A stretch of 64,000 nt of DNA from Candidatus Eiseniibacteriota bacterium (GTDB lineage Bacteria > Eisenbacteria > RBG-16-71-46 > CAVPCR01): the NCBI GenBank assembly GCA_963702435.1, contig CAVPCR010000005.1, positions 288,001 to 352,000 on the forward strand, in the 5' to 3' direction. The notes under the pieces are model-generated. The model was not told where the DNA came from. It worked only from the letters and a program-made list of their open reading frames with translations, and did no database searches. Position 1 is the first letter of the stretch; the number at the start of each line of letters is the position of its first letter. This document shows positions 17,975-26,914 of this stretch, piece after piece. The translations under genes were made by a program, and so were the position numbers.

Positions 17975-20404
17975 GACGACGAGCGGGCGCGTCGCGACCT
18001 CGCCGCGCGCGCCGAGCCGGAGGAAGTAGATCCCCGCGGGCACCGGCGCGCCCTTCTCATCCCGCCCGTCCCAGCGGACCGCGAGCCGCCCCGGCCCCGC
18101 AGTCGCGCCCGCGACGAGGCGCCGGCGCACGCGGCCGTGCACGTCGGCCACGTCGAGCGTCACCGGTGCCGCGTCCGGCAGATCGCAGAGAACGAGCGTC
18201 TCCTCGCGGAAGGGACTGGGGAACGCCGCAGCGATCGCCAGCGCCCGCGGGGCGGCGCCGCCCGGTTCCGCGGCCTCACCCGGCTCCGCCGGCGTCCCGC
18301 CGGGCTCGACCGCGAGCGGCGAGTTCGGCGCCTCCGGCGTGGGCGGGAGCGGACCCCATTCGCCCCCGCCGTCGGTCGTCCGCGCGAAGCTCACATCGCG
18401 CTCCTGCGGGCCGAACGCGATCGCATCCGCCGGCACGAGATCGTCGCCGGACTCCCGGTAGAGGCCGAGCCACTCGCCGTCGGCGTCGAGGCGGAACGCG
18501 GCGTGCAGCGGACCCTGATCGCGATCGCCGTCGGCCCACACGAGGAGATGCTCGCCCGGCCCGAGGTCGAGCGCCGGCAGGGCCCAGCCGCTCTCGTCGC
18601 CGGGATCATCGGCGAGCCGGTAGCGCCCGAGATGGACCGCCTCGTCACCCCGGTTCCAGAGCTCGATCCAGTCGTCGTACTCCCCCGCCTCGTCGGCGAT
18701 CGTGGTCGCGTTGTGCGCCATCAGCTCGTTCACCACGAGGGGACCGGGCCTCTCGACGCGCACCGCGATCGGCGCGCCCGCGCCCGCCGCCGGATAGCGG
18801 GCGGTCCGCCCGGCGCGGTCGCGGGCCTCGAAGTAGAAGCGGACGCTCGCGGTCGCCGGGGCCACGGGCACGCGCACGCCGTAGCACCCGTCCCCCACCG
18901 TGTCGTCCCCGTGCTCGCCGTCGTCCCGCATGGTGAAGGCTCCGTAGCCGCTCCCCCGATCGACGTGCAGCTTCACCTCCGCGATTCCATCCTCGTCGGC
19001 GGCGCGCACCGTGAATTGGATGTCGCCGGCGGGCGCGACCAGACCCCAGTGCGGGGCGCCCTCCCACACGGCCGGGCGCGCCGATTCGTGGCGGATCTGA
19101 TCGAGCGCCGTTGCCGCGCGCACCGCCATGAACGGATGGAGCCCGTAGCGCACATGGCCGCCGAGCGCCTCGTCGAAGCTCTCATCGAAGGCGTCGTGGT
19201 CGATGTAGGTGAAGTCGCGGGTCCGGTAGGTGTCGGCGAGGGCCGCCGGCCGGATGATGGCCCGGAGCTCCTCGGCGCGCGCGGAGAAGATGGCCGGGGC
19301 GAGCGGACGTGCCAGGAACTCCTCGATGAAGAAGGTGAACAGGTTCCGGTAGCGCTCCTGTTCCATCATCCGCCAGATGAGCGGGCGCAGGCTGTCGAGC
19401 CGCCCGAAGCGGTAGATGTTGACCCGGCCGTAGTCCACGGGGTTGATCGAGTTGAGACCAAAGGTCATGTCGTAGTCGCGCGGGATGAAGCGGAAGCGGC
19501 CGAGCAGCGGATCGTGATAGAGGAAGTAGTTGTTGGATCCGACCCAGTAGTCGTCCCAGCTCCCGGCGAGCGCATCGAAGGCCATCGCCTGGAGGAAGCT
19601 CGACACCTCGAGCACCCGCTCGAGCTCGGCCGTGAACTCCTCCTCCGGAGTCAGGTTGATGACGGCGATGAGCGCGGCCAGGTCCTCGAAGCTCGAGGCC
19701 CGGCGGCGCGTCGACAGCTCGTAGACGGGCCGGCCGGGCTCGCCGAGGGTCTCGTAATCGCCGGCCGAACGGTAGGTGAGATCGGCGCGCTCGTCCCGGT
19801 TCACGTACTGGCACTTGTAGAGATTCCCGGCGCCGGTCCCGAAGCGGCGCGTGAGGAAGTTCTCGTCCACCTCCTCGACGTGGAGGTAGAGACCACGGTA
19901 CTCGCCGTTGATGTAGAGGCGAACGTGGCTCGCGCGGGAAGCCGGAGCCCCCACGGCGCGGAGCGCGTCGAGCGCGAGCTTCTCGCGCACGATGGTCGGG
20001 TCGTTGTGCTCGCCGATCAGGTTGAGCTTCGAGATGCCGTCGATCTCGGCGCCGTCCTCGAACGCGTCGAGGGCGATCTTGAAGCTCTTCTTCTCGGCGT
20101 AGCGGCTCCGGTTGCCGCGGAGGCGGATACCGGCCTCGTCGAAAGTCTCGTCGAGCGGTCCGCTCGTGACGCGGACGCGCGCCGGGAGGTAGTCGTCGTT
20201 CTCGAGGTTCTCGTCGTCGAGGAGCCAGGCGAGATCGGCGGGATCCATGACCACCCGCACGTCGCCGACGCGGGTGTCGGTGAAGAGCTCATCCGCCGGG
20301 GTGGCCGCGACATCCTGCCCGGCAACGAGCGCGCACGCGGCCAGGAGGATGCCGGCCGTGAACGCCGGAGCGACTCTGAGGGAGAATGGAGCCGAGGTCG
20401 ACAC
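17966..20404 (-). CDS. secreted CotH-family kinase with lamin-tail domain and FlgD-Ig CTD
   Basis: RLRGNRSR..KKSFKI, DPTIVRE, WDDYW..NNYFLY, RDYDMTFG; NELMA...DDWIELWN LTD; CTD; start taken at GTG 20404 (uncertain). Confidence 0.85.
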   Translation of the reverse strand: MSTSAPFSLRVAPAFTAGILLAACALVAGQDVAATPADELFTDTRVGDVRVVMDPADLAWLLDDENLENDDYLPARVRVTSGPLDETFDEAGIRLRGNRSRYAEKKSFKIALDAFEDGAEIDGISKLNLIGEHNDPTIVREKLALDALRAVGAPASRASHVRLYINGEYRGLYLHVEEVDENFLTRRFGTGAGNLYKCQYVNRDERADLTYRSAGDYETLGEPGRPVYELSTRRRASSFEDLAALIAVINLTPEEEFTAELERVLEVSSFLQAMAFDALAGSWDDYWVGSNNYFLYHDPLLGRFRFIPRDYDMTFGLNSINPVDYGRVNIYRFGRLDSLRPLIWRMMEQERYRNLFTFFIEEFLARPLAPAIFSARAEELRAIIRPAALADTYRTRDFTYIDHDAFDESFDEALGGHVRYGLHPFMAVRAATALDQIRHESARPAVWEGAPHWGLVAPAGDIQFTVRAADEDGIAEVKLHVDRGSGYGAFTMRDDGEHGDDTVGDGCYGVRVPVAPATASVRFYFEARDRAGRTARYPAAGAGAPIAVRVERPGPLVVNELMAHNATTIADEAGEYDDWIELWNRGDEAVHLGRYRLADDPGDESGWALPALDLGPGEHLLVWADGDRDQGPLHAAFRLDADGEWLGLYRESGDDLVPADAIAFGPQERDVSFARTTDGGGEWGPLPPTPEAPNSPLAVEPGGTPAEPGEAAEPGGAAPRALAIAAAFPSPFREETLVLCDLPDAAPVTLDVADVHGRVRRRLVAGATAGPGRLAVRWDGRDEKGAPVPAGIYFLRLGARGEVATRPLVVLR

Positions 20405-20530
20405 GCCGCGGGGAAGATGCCGGAGCCCCGGTGCCGGGACAAGGGAATACCGGGACCGCCGCCGCTCGCGGCCAGGACGCGCGAAGGCCCGGCTGCCTCT
20501 CCGGCAACCGGGCCTCGCCACAAAGAGAAC

Positions 20531-21395
20531 GGGCCGAGTGAGCGGCTCGCTTTTCCCCTTCGGAGCCTTGAGTCGCGCCCCAGGTGCCCTCCGGCGTCAC
20601 CGCCGGCGGGCTTCCTCTCGTGGGATTGCGCCACCCTGCAGAGTATTCACGAGAGTCCGTAGCCCGGCTTCTGGTTACCGGGCACCCCGGTCGCGGCACC
20701 TGGCGGCGCCGCGCTCATCGGGGCATCCTCGCTCTCGCTGCAGCCGGTCCGCGATAGAATCCGGCAGCTTCCTCTCGTGGGCTTACGCTTCCCTTCAGAG
20801 TTTGACCAGGACGGACCGTCTTTCGCGTCTCCGCGATCGACTGCTCCCCTGAGGTTCGTTCCCTCTCAGCGCTCGCGGTGCCGGGAGTCCACGAGTCCGG
20901 GTTTGCCTGGCCCGGACGTTCCGCCTCCAGGGTTTCGCACCCTCCTGGCGGCTTGCTCCTCCCGAAACCCTCCGGGCCTGTTTCATCCCGGTGGCGCTCT
21001 CAGGGTTCTTGCCCTTCGAAGCCTTCCCTTCCGGGGGTCGCTCACGCCTCGTCGGCGCTCGCTCTACCCGCGTGCCGTTGGCCGAAGCCCGGCTGCCGGG
21101 TCTTGATCCCCCCGGAGAGGTTCGCTGCCGATGCGCGGCGGTTAAGCCGTACACCAGCGCTCAAGCTTCCCTGGGTTTCCTCCCCTTCAGGGGTTGATGG
21201 CCTCATGCACCGCGACCCTTGCGGATCTTCCTCCCGCGGGCTTCGCGCCGGTTCGCCGAAGCGGCCCGACGCGCACCCCTCGGAGTGTTTGGTGGTGCCG
21301 AGGTTGGCCTCCTCTCTCGAGGCTGCCGCCCCTCTTGGGGTCTTGCGCCTTCTCCCGAAGGAGGCTCGGCGCGCGAGCTGGATCTCACTCGACCC
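20531..21395 (-). ncRNA. candidate large (~865 nt) highly structured non-coding RNA of unassigned class
   Basis: sigma70 promoter immediately upstream; 5' GGGUCGAGUGAG pairs with 3' CUCACUCGGCCC; UUCUCUUUG tail; minus-strand GNRA/UUCG tetraloops; repeated internal-loop module; no credible ORF. Confidence 0.8.
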
Positions 21396-21401
21396 GTGCG
21401 T

Positions 21402-21430
21402 AAAATAGCGCGACGAGCTCGCCGGGTCAA
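21402..21430 (-). promoter_or_regulatory. sigma70-type promoter of the candidate ncRNA
   Basis: TTGACC (21430-21425), 17-nt spacer, TATTTT (21407-21402); T-tract just upstream of -35; predicted start at ~21395 coincides with the terminal helix. Confidence 0.75.
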
Positions 21431-21479
21431 TGAAAAAGTGCATCGCGGACGCGCTGAAATGCGTGCGCACGGATCGTGT

Positions 21480-21553
21480 TGTGGATAGATGGTGGATGAC
21501 ACGGGCACGCGTTATGCGCAATGCGCGCAACCCGGCGCACAAGCAGTGGATAA
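21480..21553. promoter_or_regulatory. cluster of DnaA-box-like 9-mers
   Basis: TGTGGATAG 21480, GGTGGATGA 21491, TTATGCGCA 21512 and AGTGGATAA 21545, each 1-2 mismatches from TTATCCACA/TGTGGATAA. Confidence 0.4.
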
Positions 21554-21657
21554 CGCGTGGAAGCGACGTGCACATGCTCCGGCGACGCCGGAATCTAAAA
21601 TGAGAATGTTAGAAAGGCCGAGACGGGCCCGGGATGGGGCCGGGGTGGGGCGCACCC

Positions 21658-22962
21658 TCAGAGGAGGTTCGCGGCGAGCTCGGCGAGCTCCGATCGCTCG
21701 CCGCGCCGCAGAACGACGTGGGCCGCGATCGGCAGGCCGCGGAACTTGTGCACGACGTAGTTGAACCCGTTCGAGGACTCGTCGACGTACGGATTGTCGA
21801 TCTGGAAGACGTCGCCGGTGAGCACGATCTTCGTGTCCTCTCCCACCCGCGTGATGATGGTCTTCACCTCGAGCGGCGTCAGGTTCTGCGCCTCGTCCAC
21901 GATGATGTACTGGTTCGGAATGCTCCGCCCGCGGATATAGGTGATCGGCTCGACGCTCACCACGGTGCTGAGGAGACGATCGAGCTCGCGCGCGACTTCG
22001 CGCACGCCGGTGCGCTCGAGGAGGAGCGTCAGGTTGTCGTTGATCGGCTGCATCCACGGCGCGAGCTTGGCCTCCAGCCCGCCCGGGAGATAGCCGACGT
22101 CCTTGCCGACCGGGAAGAGCGGCCGGCTGATGAGAAGACGGCGGTAGCGCGGCTCGCTCTCCACCTTGGCGAGGCCCGCGGCGAGCGCGAGGAGCGTCTT
22201 CCCGGTGCCCGCCTTGCCCATCACGGTCACGAGCTGGACGCGATCGTCGAGCAGCGCATCGAGAGCGTAATGCTGCTCCTTGTTGCGCGGCTCGATCCCC
22301 CACACCGAGCGCTGGGGCACCTTGAGCACCTCGAGCCGATCGCCACCCGGATTCACCCGCGCGAGCGCCGAGCGCGTCCCCTCCGCGACGCGGAGGAGCA
22401 CGTAGCCGTTCGGCCGGAAGTCGCCCGGCGGGAGCGGCGCCGCGCCCGCCACCTTGAGCTCGTCGATGAGCGCCGCAGGGACCGTGACCTCGGTGTCGCC
22501 CGGGTCGAGCTCCTCGATCCGGACGCGCCCGGTCTCGAAGTCCTCGGCGGAGAGCCCCATCGCGTCCGCCTTGATGCGGAGATTCGTGTCCTTGGTCACC
22601 AGGATGAGCGGCGTGTCGGGCTCGTTCTGCTTGAGCTCGAGAGCGAGAGCGAGGATCGCGTTGTCGACCGTGCCATCGAGACCGAGGCCCACGACGTCGG
22701 CCAGGCGCCCGGTCATCACCACCTTGAGGAGGCCGCCGTTCGCGAGCCGCACGCCCTCGGCCAGGTGACCGGCCAGCCGGAGACCGTCCAGGAAATGCGA
22801 CACCTGGCGCGCGTTGCGCCCCCGCTCGCTCATCTCCTTCTTGAAGTGATCGACTTCCTCGACCACCAGGATGGGAATGATGACGTTGTTGTCATCGAAG
22901 CTGAGCGCCGCGCCCGGATCGTGCAGGAGCACGTTGGTGTCGAGTATGTAGTTCTTCTTCAC
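21658..22962 (-). CDS. PIN-PhoH (PhoH2/YbeZ-like) RNase/ATPase
   Basis: N-terminal YILDTNVLLHDP PIN domain; GKAGTGKT; IRGRSI; DEAQN; GTG start 22962. Confidence 0.92.
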   Translation of the reverse strand: MKKNYILDTNVLLHDPGAALSFDDNNVIIPILVVEEVDHFKKEMSERGRNARQVSHFLDGLRLAGHLAEGVRLANGGLLKVVMTGRLADVVGLGLDGTVDNAILALALELKQNEPDTPLILVTKDTNLRIKADAMGLSAEDFETGRVRIEELDPGDTEVTVPAALIDELKVAGAAPLPPGDFRPNGYVLLRVAEGTRSALARVNPGGDRLEVLKVPQRSVWGIEPRNKEQHYALDALLDDRVQLVTVMGKAGTGKTLLALAAGLAKVESEPRYRRLLISRPLFPVGKDVGYLPGGLEAKLAPWMQPINDNLTLLLERTGVREVARELDRLLSTVVSVEPITYIRGRSIPNQYIIVDEAQNLTPLEVKTIITRVGEDTKIVLTGDVFQIDNPYVDESSNGFNYVVHKFRGLPIAAHVVLRRGERSELAELAANLL

Positions 22963-22969
22963 GGTGCGA

Positions 22970-23992
22970 TCAGTCCGTGTTGATGCGATCGATGACGGCA
23001 CGGAGCCGTCCGTACCCGTGCCGGTTGAAAAGGCAGACGATCCGCGGCAGATCGTCGAGCGTGGGCTCGTTCAGCCGCTCCTCGGGCAGCGCCGCCGACA
23101 CCTGGAAGGTGCCCTCGGCGAGGATGTCCGTGAAGTTCGCGTTCAGATCGGCGATCAGGTCCTTCGAGGGGAAGCTGCGCACCCGGATCACGAGCCGCGG
23201 CCCGACGAAGCGGCTCGAATGGTAGATGCGGTAGAAGCGACTGATCCGGTCGCAGGCCATGTCCACCGAGTCGACCAGCTCGAAGAGGTCGAGATCGGCA
23301 GCCGAGATCTTCCCGGTCCCGCACAGGTGATCGTGGAGGAACGCGCGCCACGCCGGCCAGTAGGTCCCGCCCGGGACGTCGAGACAGAGGACCGGCATCG
23401 GCTTCGACTTCCCGGTCTGGACCAGCGTCAGCACCTCGAACGCCTCGTCCATGGTGCCATAGCCGCCGGGAAAGAGGACGAGCGCATCGGTCTCCTTGAC
23501 GAAGATGAGCTTCCGCGTGAAGAAGTACTTGAAGTTGACCACCTTGCGATCGCCGGCGATCGAGTCGTTCACCGATTGCTCGAACGGGAGCCGGATGCCG
23601 AGACCGAAGGTGTTGTCGCGGCCGGCGCCGGCGTTTCCCGCCTCCATGATGCCGGGCCCGGCCCCGGTGATGGTCATGAAACCGCGCTGGACGATCTTCT
23701 CCGCGAAGTCGAGCGCCATCTCGTAGACGGGCTCGCCGCGCGCCGAGCGCGCCGAGCCGAAGATGGTCACCTTGCGCGCGTCGCGGTACGGCGCGAAGAC
23801 GCGGAGCGCGTGGCGGAGCTCCTTGAGCGCCGTGTTGATGATCTTGAGATCGCCGCGGTCGGGCCGGTCGCCGATGAGCTTGAGACCGGTGGTCAGGATC
23901 TCCTGGATCAGGTCGGCATGCGGAGATCCGCCATGTGCCGCGATCAGCTCGCGAAGCTTCTCGTCGGTCGTCTCACCGAGCGTGTAGGGCAT
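22970..23992 (-). CDS. LOG-family (TIGR00730-like) nucleotide monophosphate nucleosidase, long form
   Basis: VTIFGSAR, TGAGPGIMEA, FKYFFTRK and PGGYGTMDE. Confidence 0.9.
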   Translation of the reverse strand: MPYTLGETTDEKLRELIAAHGGSPHADLIQEILTTGLKLIGDRPDRGDLKIINTALKELRHALRVFAPYRDARKVTIFGSARSARGEPVYEMALDFAEKIVQRGFMTITGAGPGIMEAGNAGAGRDNTFGLGIRLPFEQSVNDSIAGDRKVVNFKYFFTRKLIFVKETDALVLFPGGYGTMDEAFEVLTLVQTGKSKPMPVLCLDVPGGTYWPAWRAFLHDHLCGTGKISAADLDLFELVDSVDMACDRISRFYRIYHSSRFVGPRLVIRVRSFPSKDLIADLNANFTDILAEGTFQVSAALPEERLNEPTLDDLPRIVCLFNRHGYGRLRAVIDRINTD

Positions 23993-24136
23993 GCTTTCTC
24001 CAGCGTGGCCGGCGCGGGGCGACGGGGCGATGGGATGATGCGGCGCACGGCGCCGCAGACCGCGGCATTGTAGCAGCTTCGCCGTGCGAACCGATCACGA
24101 TTCGGCGGGCGCGAGCGCAGGGCGCGCCAGCGATCA

Positions 24137-25258
24137 TTACTCCCCGGGCGCGGGCGCCACGACACCGTCGGCGACGGTGGCCGGATCGGGAGCCGCGGCC
24201 GACTTCGCCGCGAGCGCCTGGGTGGCGGCCGCGTCCATCTCGGCGGTCACCGCGGCCTCGATCGCCGCGAGCTCGGCGCGGACCGCGGCTGCACCGTCGT
24301 CGCTCCCGCCGCCGAGGATGGCGGCGAGATAGCTCTCGTAGCAGCCGACCGGGTCGCGCTTCCCCCAGTAGGCGAAGTGCGCGGGCGCGAGAATCCGGCG
24401 GCCGTCGCCCTCGTCGTGCGTGGCATGGCCGCCCATGCGGCCGGTCTCGGCGACGAGAAAGCCCGGGCCCTCGCCGGCGCGGCAGGCGGTGGCGAGGAGC
24501 GCGGTCGCCGCGTAGACATCGAGCACGTTGTTCCCGGCGGCGGTGAGGCACGGCCCGCCGTAGGCGCCGGCGACAGCGGCGAGCGGCACGCGCGAGTGGG
24601 TCGCATAGGGCGTGCCGAGAGCGACCTGGTTGTTCTGAAGCACGATGATGAGGGGCACGCGTTGCGCGGCGGCGAGCGAGGCCCCCTCGTGGAACTCGCC
24701 GGTGCGCACCGAGCCGTCGCCGACCCAGGTGAGCGCGATGCGATCCCGCCGCTCGCGCCGCAGAGCGAGCGCAACGCCGGCCATGACCGGAATGAGCGAG
24801 GCGACCATGCTCGTCGGCGCAACGACATCGTGACGCAGATCGCCGAGATGGAGGTCGCGCCCGCGGAGCGGCGTGTCGCCAGTGCCGAGGTAGACCTTGA
24901 ACATGTCGGCGAGCGGGATCCCCTTCTCAAGGCAGGCGCCGGCGTTCCGGATCATCGGCCCGATCACGTCGCCGGCGCGCAGCGCGTGCACGCAGCCGAT
25001 CGTCACCGCCTCCTCGCCGGTGCCGAGCCATGCCTTCGGCGTCACGCCCTGCATCACCCAGCGCTTGAGCTGGATGTCGTGGAGGCGGTTGCGGAGGAGT
25101 CCGCGGTAGAGCGCAAGAAGCTCCTCTCGGTCGAGCGCGGCGACGATGGCGCGGCGATCGGGATCGGCCTCGAGGGTGCGCCGGAACTCGGCGGCGACCT
25201 CGGGGTCCGGCTCCCAGTGCACGTATTCGGGGGGATCGTAAGCCTGAAACCGACGCAT
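24137..25258 (-). CDS. TPP-dependent 2-oxoacid dehydrogenase E1 alpha subunit
   Basis: GEEA, GDGS...NNQ TPP motif and RMGGHATHD loop. Confidence 0.85.
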   Translation of the reverse strand: MRRFQAYDPPEYVHWEPDPEVAAEFRRTLEADPDRRAIVAALDREELLALYRGLLRNRLHDIQLKRWVMQGVTPKAWLGTGEEAVTIGCVHALRAGDVIGPMIRNAGACLEKGIPLADMFKVYLGTGDTPLRGRDLHLGDLRHDVVAPTSMVASLIPVMAGVALALRRERRDRIALTWVGDGSVRTGEFHEGASLAAAQRVPLIIVLQNNQVALGTPYATHSRVPLAAVAGAYGGPCLTAAGNNVLDVYAATALLATACRAGEGPGFLVAETGRMGGHATHDEGDGRRILAPAHFAYWGKRDPVGCYESYLAAILGGGSDDGAAAVRAELAAIEAAVTAEMDAAATQALAAKSAAAPDPATVADGVVAPAPGE

Positions 25259-25425
25259 GATGCGCGATCGTCGCATCCCCGGCCGCGGTCTGTCAAACCG
25301 GCAGCGGACGGCCCGGGCGCCGCGGCCGGCACTGGAGCGCAGCGGCCCGCCCCTAAAGCATCGCTGCGGGACGGCCGATCTCATGATTCGAGGCGGTCGG
25401 AACCCCCGCCTCGAAGCAGAAAGCG

Positions 25426-25983
25426 ATGTCCTGGTACCAACGTCAACTCTCGCCCCGCGAGATCCTCTGCGCGATCGCCGCGCTTCTCGGCCTCGCCTGC
25501 GCCGTCATGCCCTTCGTCCGGCGCGAGGTCGAGAACATGCGCGTGTCGAGGACGATCGCCGAGCTGCACCGGATCGAGATCGCGGCGCTCCGCTTCAAGG
25601 CCGACACCGGTCGCTTCCCCGTGCACTACGCGGACTACGACCCGGCGGTCCATCCCGAGCTCAAGAACCTCACCGTCGCGCCGCCCGTCCGGAGCGGCAT
25701 CGTCATGTGGGCAGGGCCCTATCTCGACGCCCCGGCGCGCACCAACGCCTGGAACGGGCTCGTGCACCTCCACTCCTCGACGATGCAGTTCGACCTGGAC
25801 GGCGACGGCCGGCCCGAAACCGGGGGCGCGAACTCCTACGTCGTCCTGACCGGCGTGCCGAGCGCGGCGGCGGCCCGTCTCGATCTCGAGATCGACGGCG
25901 CGGCCGCGGCGGGCTCCGGGCGGCTCCAGCTCGTCGGCCCCGCGGGCGGCCGGAAGACCGTCTACTTCCTCATCGCCGACTGA
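25426..25983 (+). CDS. pilin/pseudopilin-like membrane-anchored protein
   Basis: N-terminal hydrophobic helix, then AALRFKADTGRFP...WAGPYL...NAWN, resembling GspG-type pseudopilins; no canonical GFTLIE motif. Confidence 0.55.
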   Translation: MSWYQRQLSPREILCAIAALLGLACAVMPFVRREVENMRVSRTIAELHRIEIAALRFKADTGRFPVHYADYDPAVHPELKNLTVAPPVRSGIVMWAGPYLDAPARTNAWNGLVHLHSSTMQFDLDGDGRPETGGANSYVVLTGVPSAAAARLDLEIDGAAAAGSGRLQLVGPAGGRKTVYFLIAD

Positions 25984-26105
25984 GCCGGATCGTGGCCGGG
26001 CCCGACGGCGGCCGGGCCCGATCGCCGTCCGAGCCCCGGCAACCGGACCGTCGGCGGGCGTGGTGCACCCTTGCGGGGCGGCGTCCTTTTGCTATTGTCC
26101 CGCCC

Positions 26106-26795
26106 ATGAACGCACATTCCTCGACCAGGAGTCCGCTCTCCCGCCGCTTCGCCTTCGTGCTTCTCGTGACCCTCGTTGCCACCCTCGCCCTTCTCGCCGC
26201 CTGCGGCAAGAAGGACGAAGGCCGCCGCGTGGAGACTCCCGCCCAGGACATGTCCGGCGGCCCCGGCGCCTCCGGCGGCCTCCCCGAGGGACACCCGCCG
26301 ATCGACGGCAGCGCGCCGGGCGGCGCGCCGATCGATCCGTCGGCCCTGCCGCTCAAGGAGTCCGGCTCGGGCAGCCTCGCCGAGCTCGAACGCGGCCGCG
26401 CCGCCACCAAGGTCGCCGAGGCGGCCGCCGTCTACGACAAGGCCTTCCGCCTCACCTTCACGAGCGACCCGAACGGCCGCGACTACGAGCAGGCACGGAC
26501 GCTGTTCAACCAGGCGATCGCGCTCGATCAGAAGTACGCGGAGGCCTATCGGGGGCTCGCCTACGCCGAGTTCAACATCGGATTCAACAAGGAGGCGGCG
26601 CTCGCCAACTACATGAAGGCGATCGAGCTCAAGCCCGACTACGGCGAGGCGCACTACGCGCTGGCCTTCATGTACGCGATGGACAACACCGAGAAGGGCG
26701 CCGAGTACTTCAAGAAGGCCATGGACCTCGGGATCGCCGACGAGCGCGAGCTCGGCCCCCGCTTCTACCCGCAGGTCAAGATCCCGACGCACTAG
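26106..26795 (+). CDS. TPR-repeat lipoprotein
   Basis: LLAAC lipobox, LPEGHPPI motif, TPR repeats (AIELKPDYGEAHYALA). Confidence 0.8.
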   Translation: MNAHSSTRSPLSRRFAFVLLVTLVATLALLAACGKKDEGRRVETPAQDMSGGPGASGGLPEGHPPIDGSAPGGAPIDPSALPLKESGSGSLAELERGRAATKVAEAAAVYDKAFRLTFTSDPNGRDYEQARTLFNQAIALDQKYAEAYRGLAYAEFNIGFNKEAALANYMKAIELKPDYGEAHYALAFMYAMDNTEKGAEYFKKAMDLGIADERELGPRFYPQVKIPTH

Positions 26796-26853
26796 CCGGC
26801 GGGGGCCGCCCGCGGGCGGCGACCTCGGACATGCGATCTCGGAAATGAAGAAC

Positions 26854-26878
26854 GGGGCTCCGCGATGCGCGGAGCCCC
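26854..26878. terminator. bidirectional intrinsic terminator between the convergent TPR gene and pckA
   Basis: GGGGCTCCGCG-ATG-CGCGGAGCCCC perfect 11-bp stem with pyrimidine tails on both strands. Confidence 0.7.
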
Positions 26879-26914
26879 TTCTGCGTCGGGCGTCTCCTGG
26901 ATGCAGCGCTGCTA

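Noticed and set aside
20551..21341. CRISPR array from the repeated motifs
   Set aside because: The repeats are short, degenerate and irregularly spaced, and there are no cas genes.
20531..21395. RNase P RNA, tmRNA, SRP RNA, rRNA fragment or group II intron
   Set aside because: No GAGGAAAGUCC/P4 signature, no tRNA-like CCA end or tag ORF, no domain V, no recognisable rRNA sequence, and too long for RNase P, tmRNA or SRP. Checked by eye only.
20777..21575. Several short ORFs (68-177 aa) across the candidate ncRNA
   Set aside because: No RBS or recognisable motifs, and the Arg/Pro/Ser-rich composition is typical of spurious high-GC ORFs. The RNA features explain the region better.
21430..21620. 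Chromosomal replication origin
   Set aside because: Only imperfect DnaA boxes, no clear unwinding element, and no dnaA, dnaN, gidA or parAB nearby.
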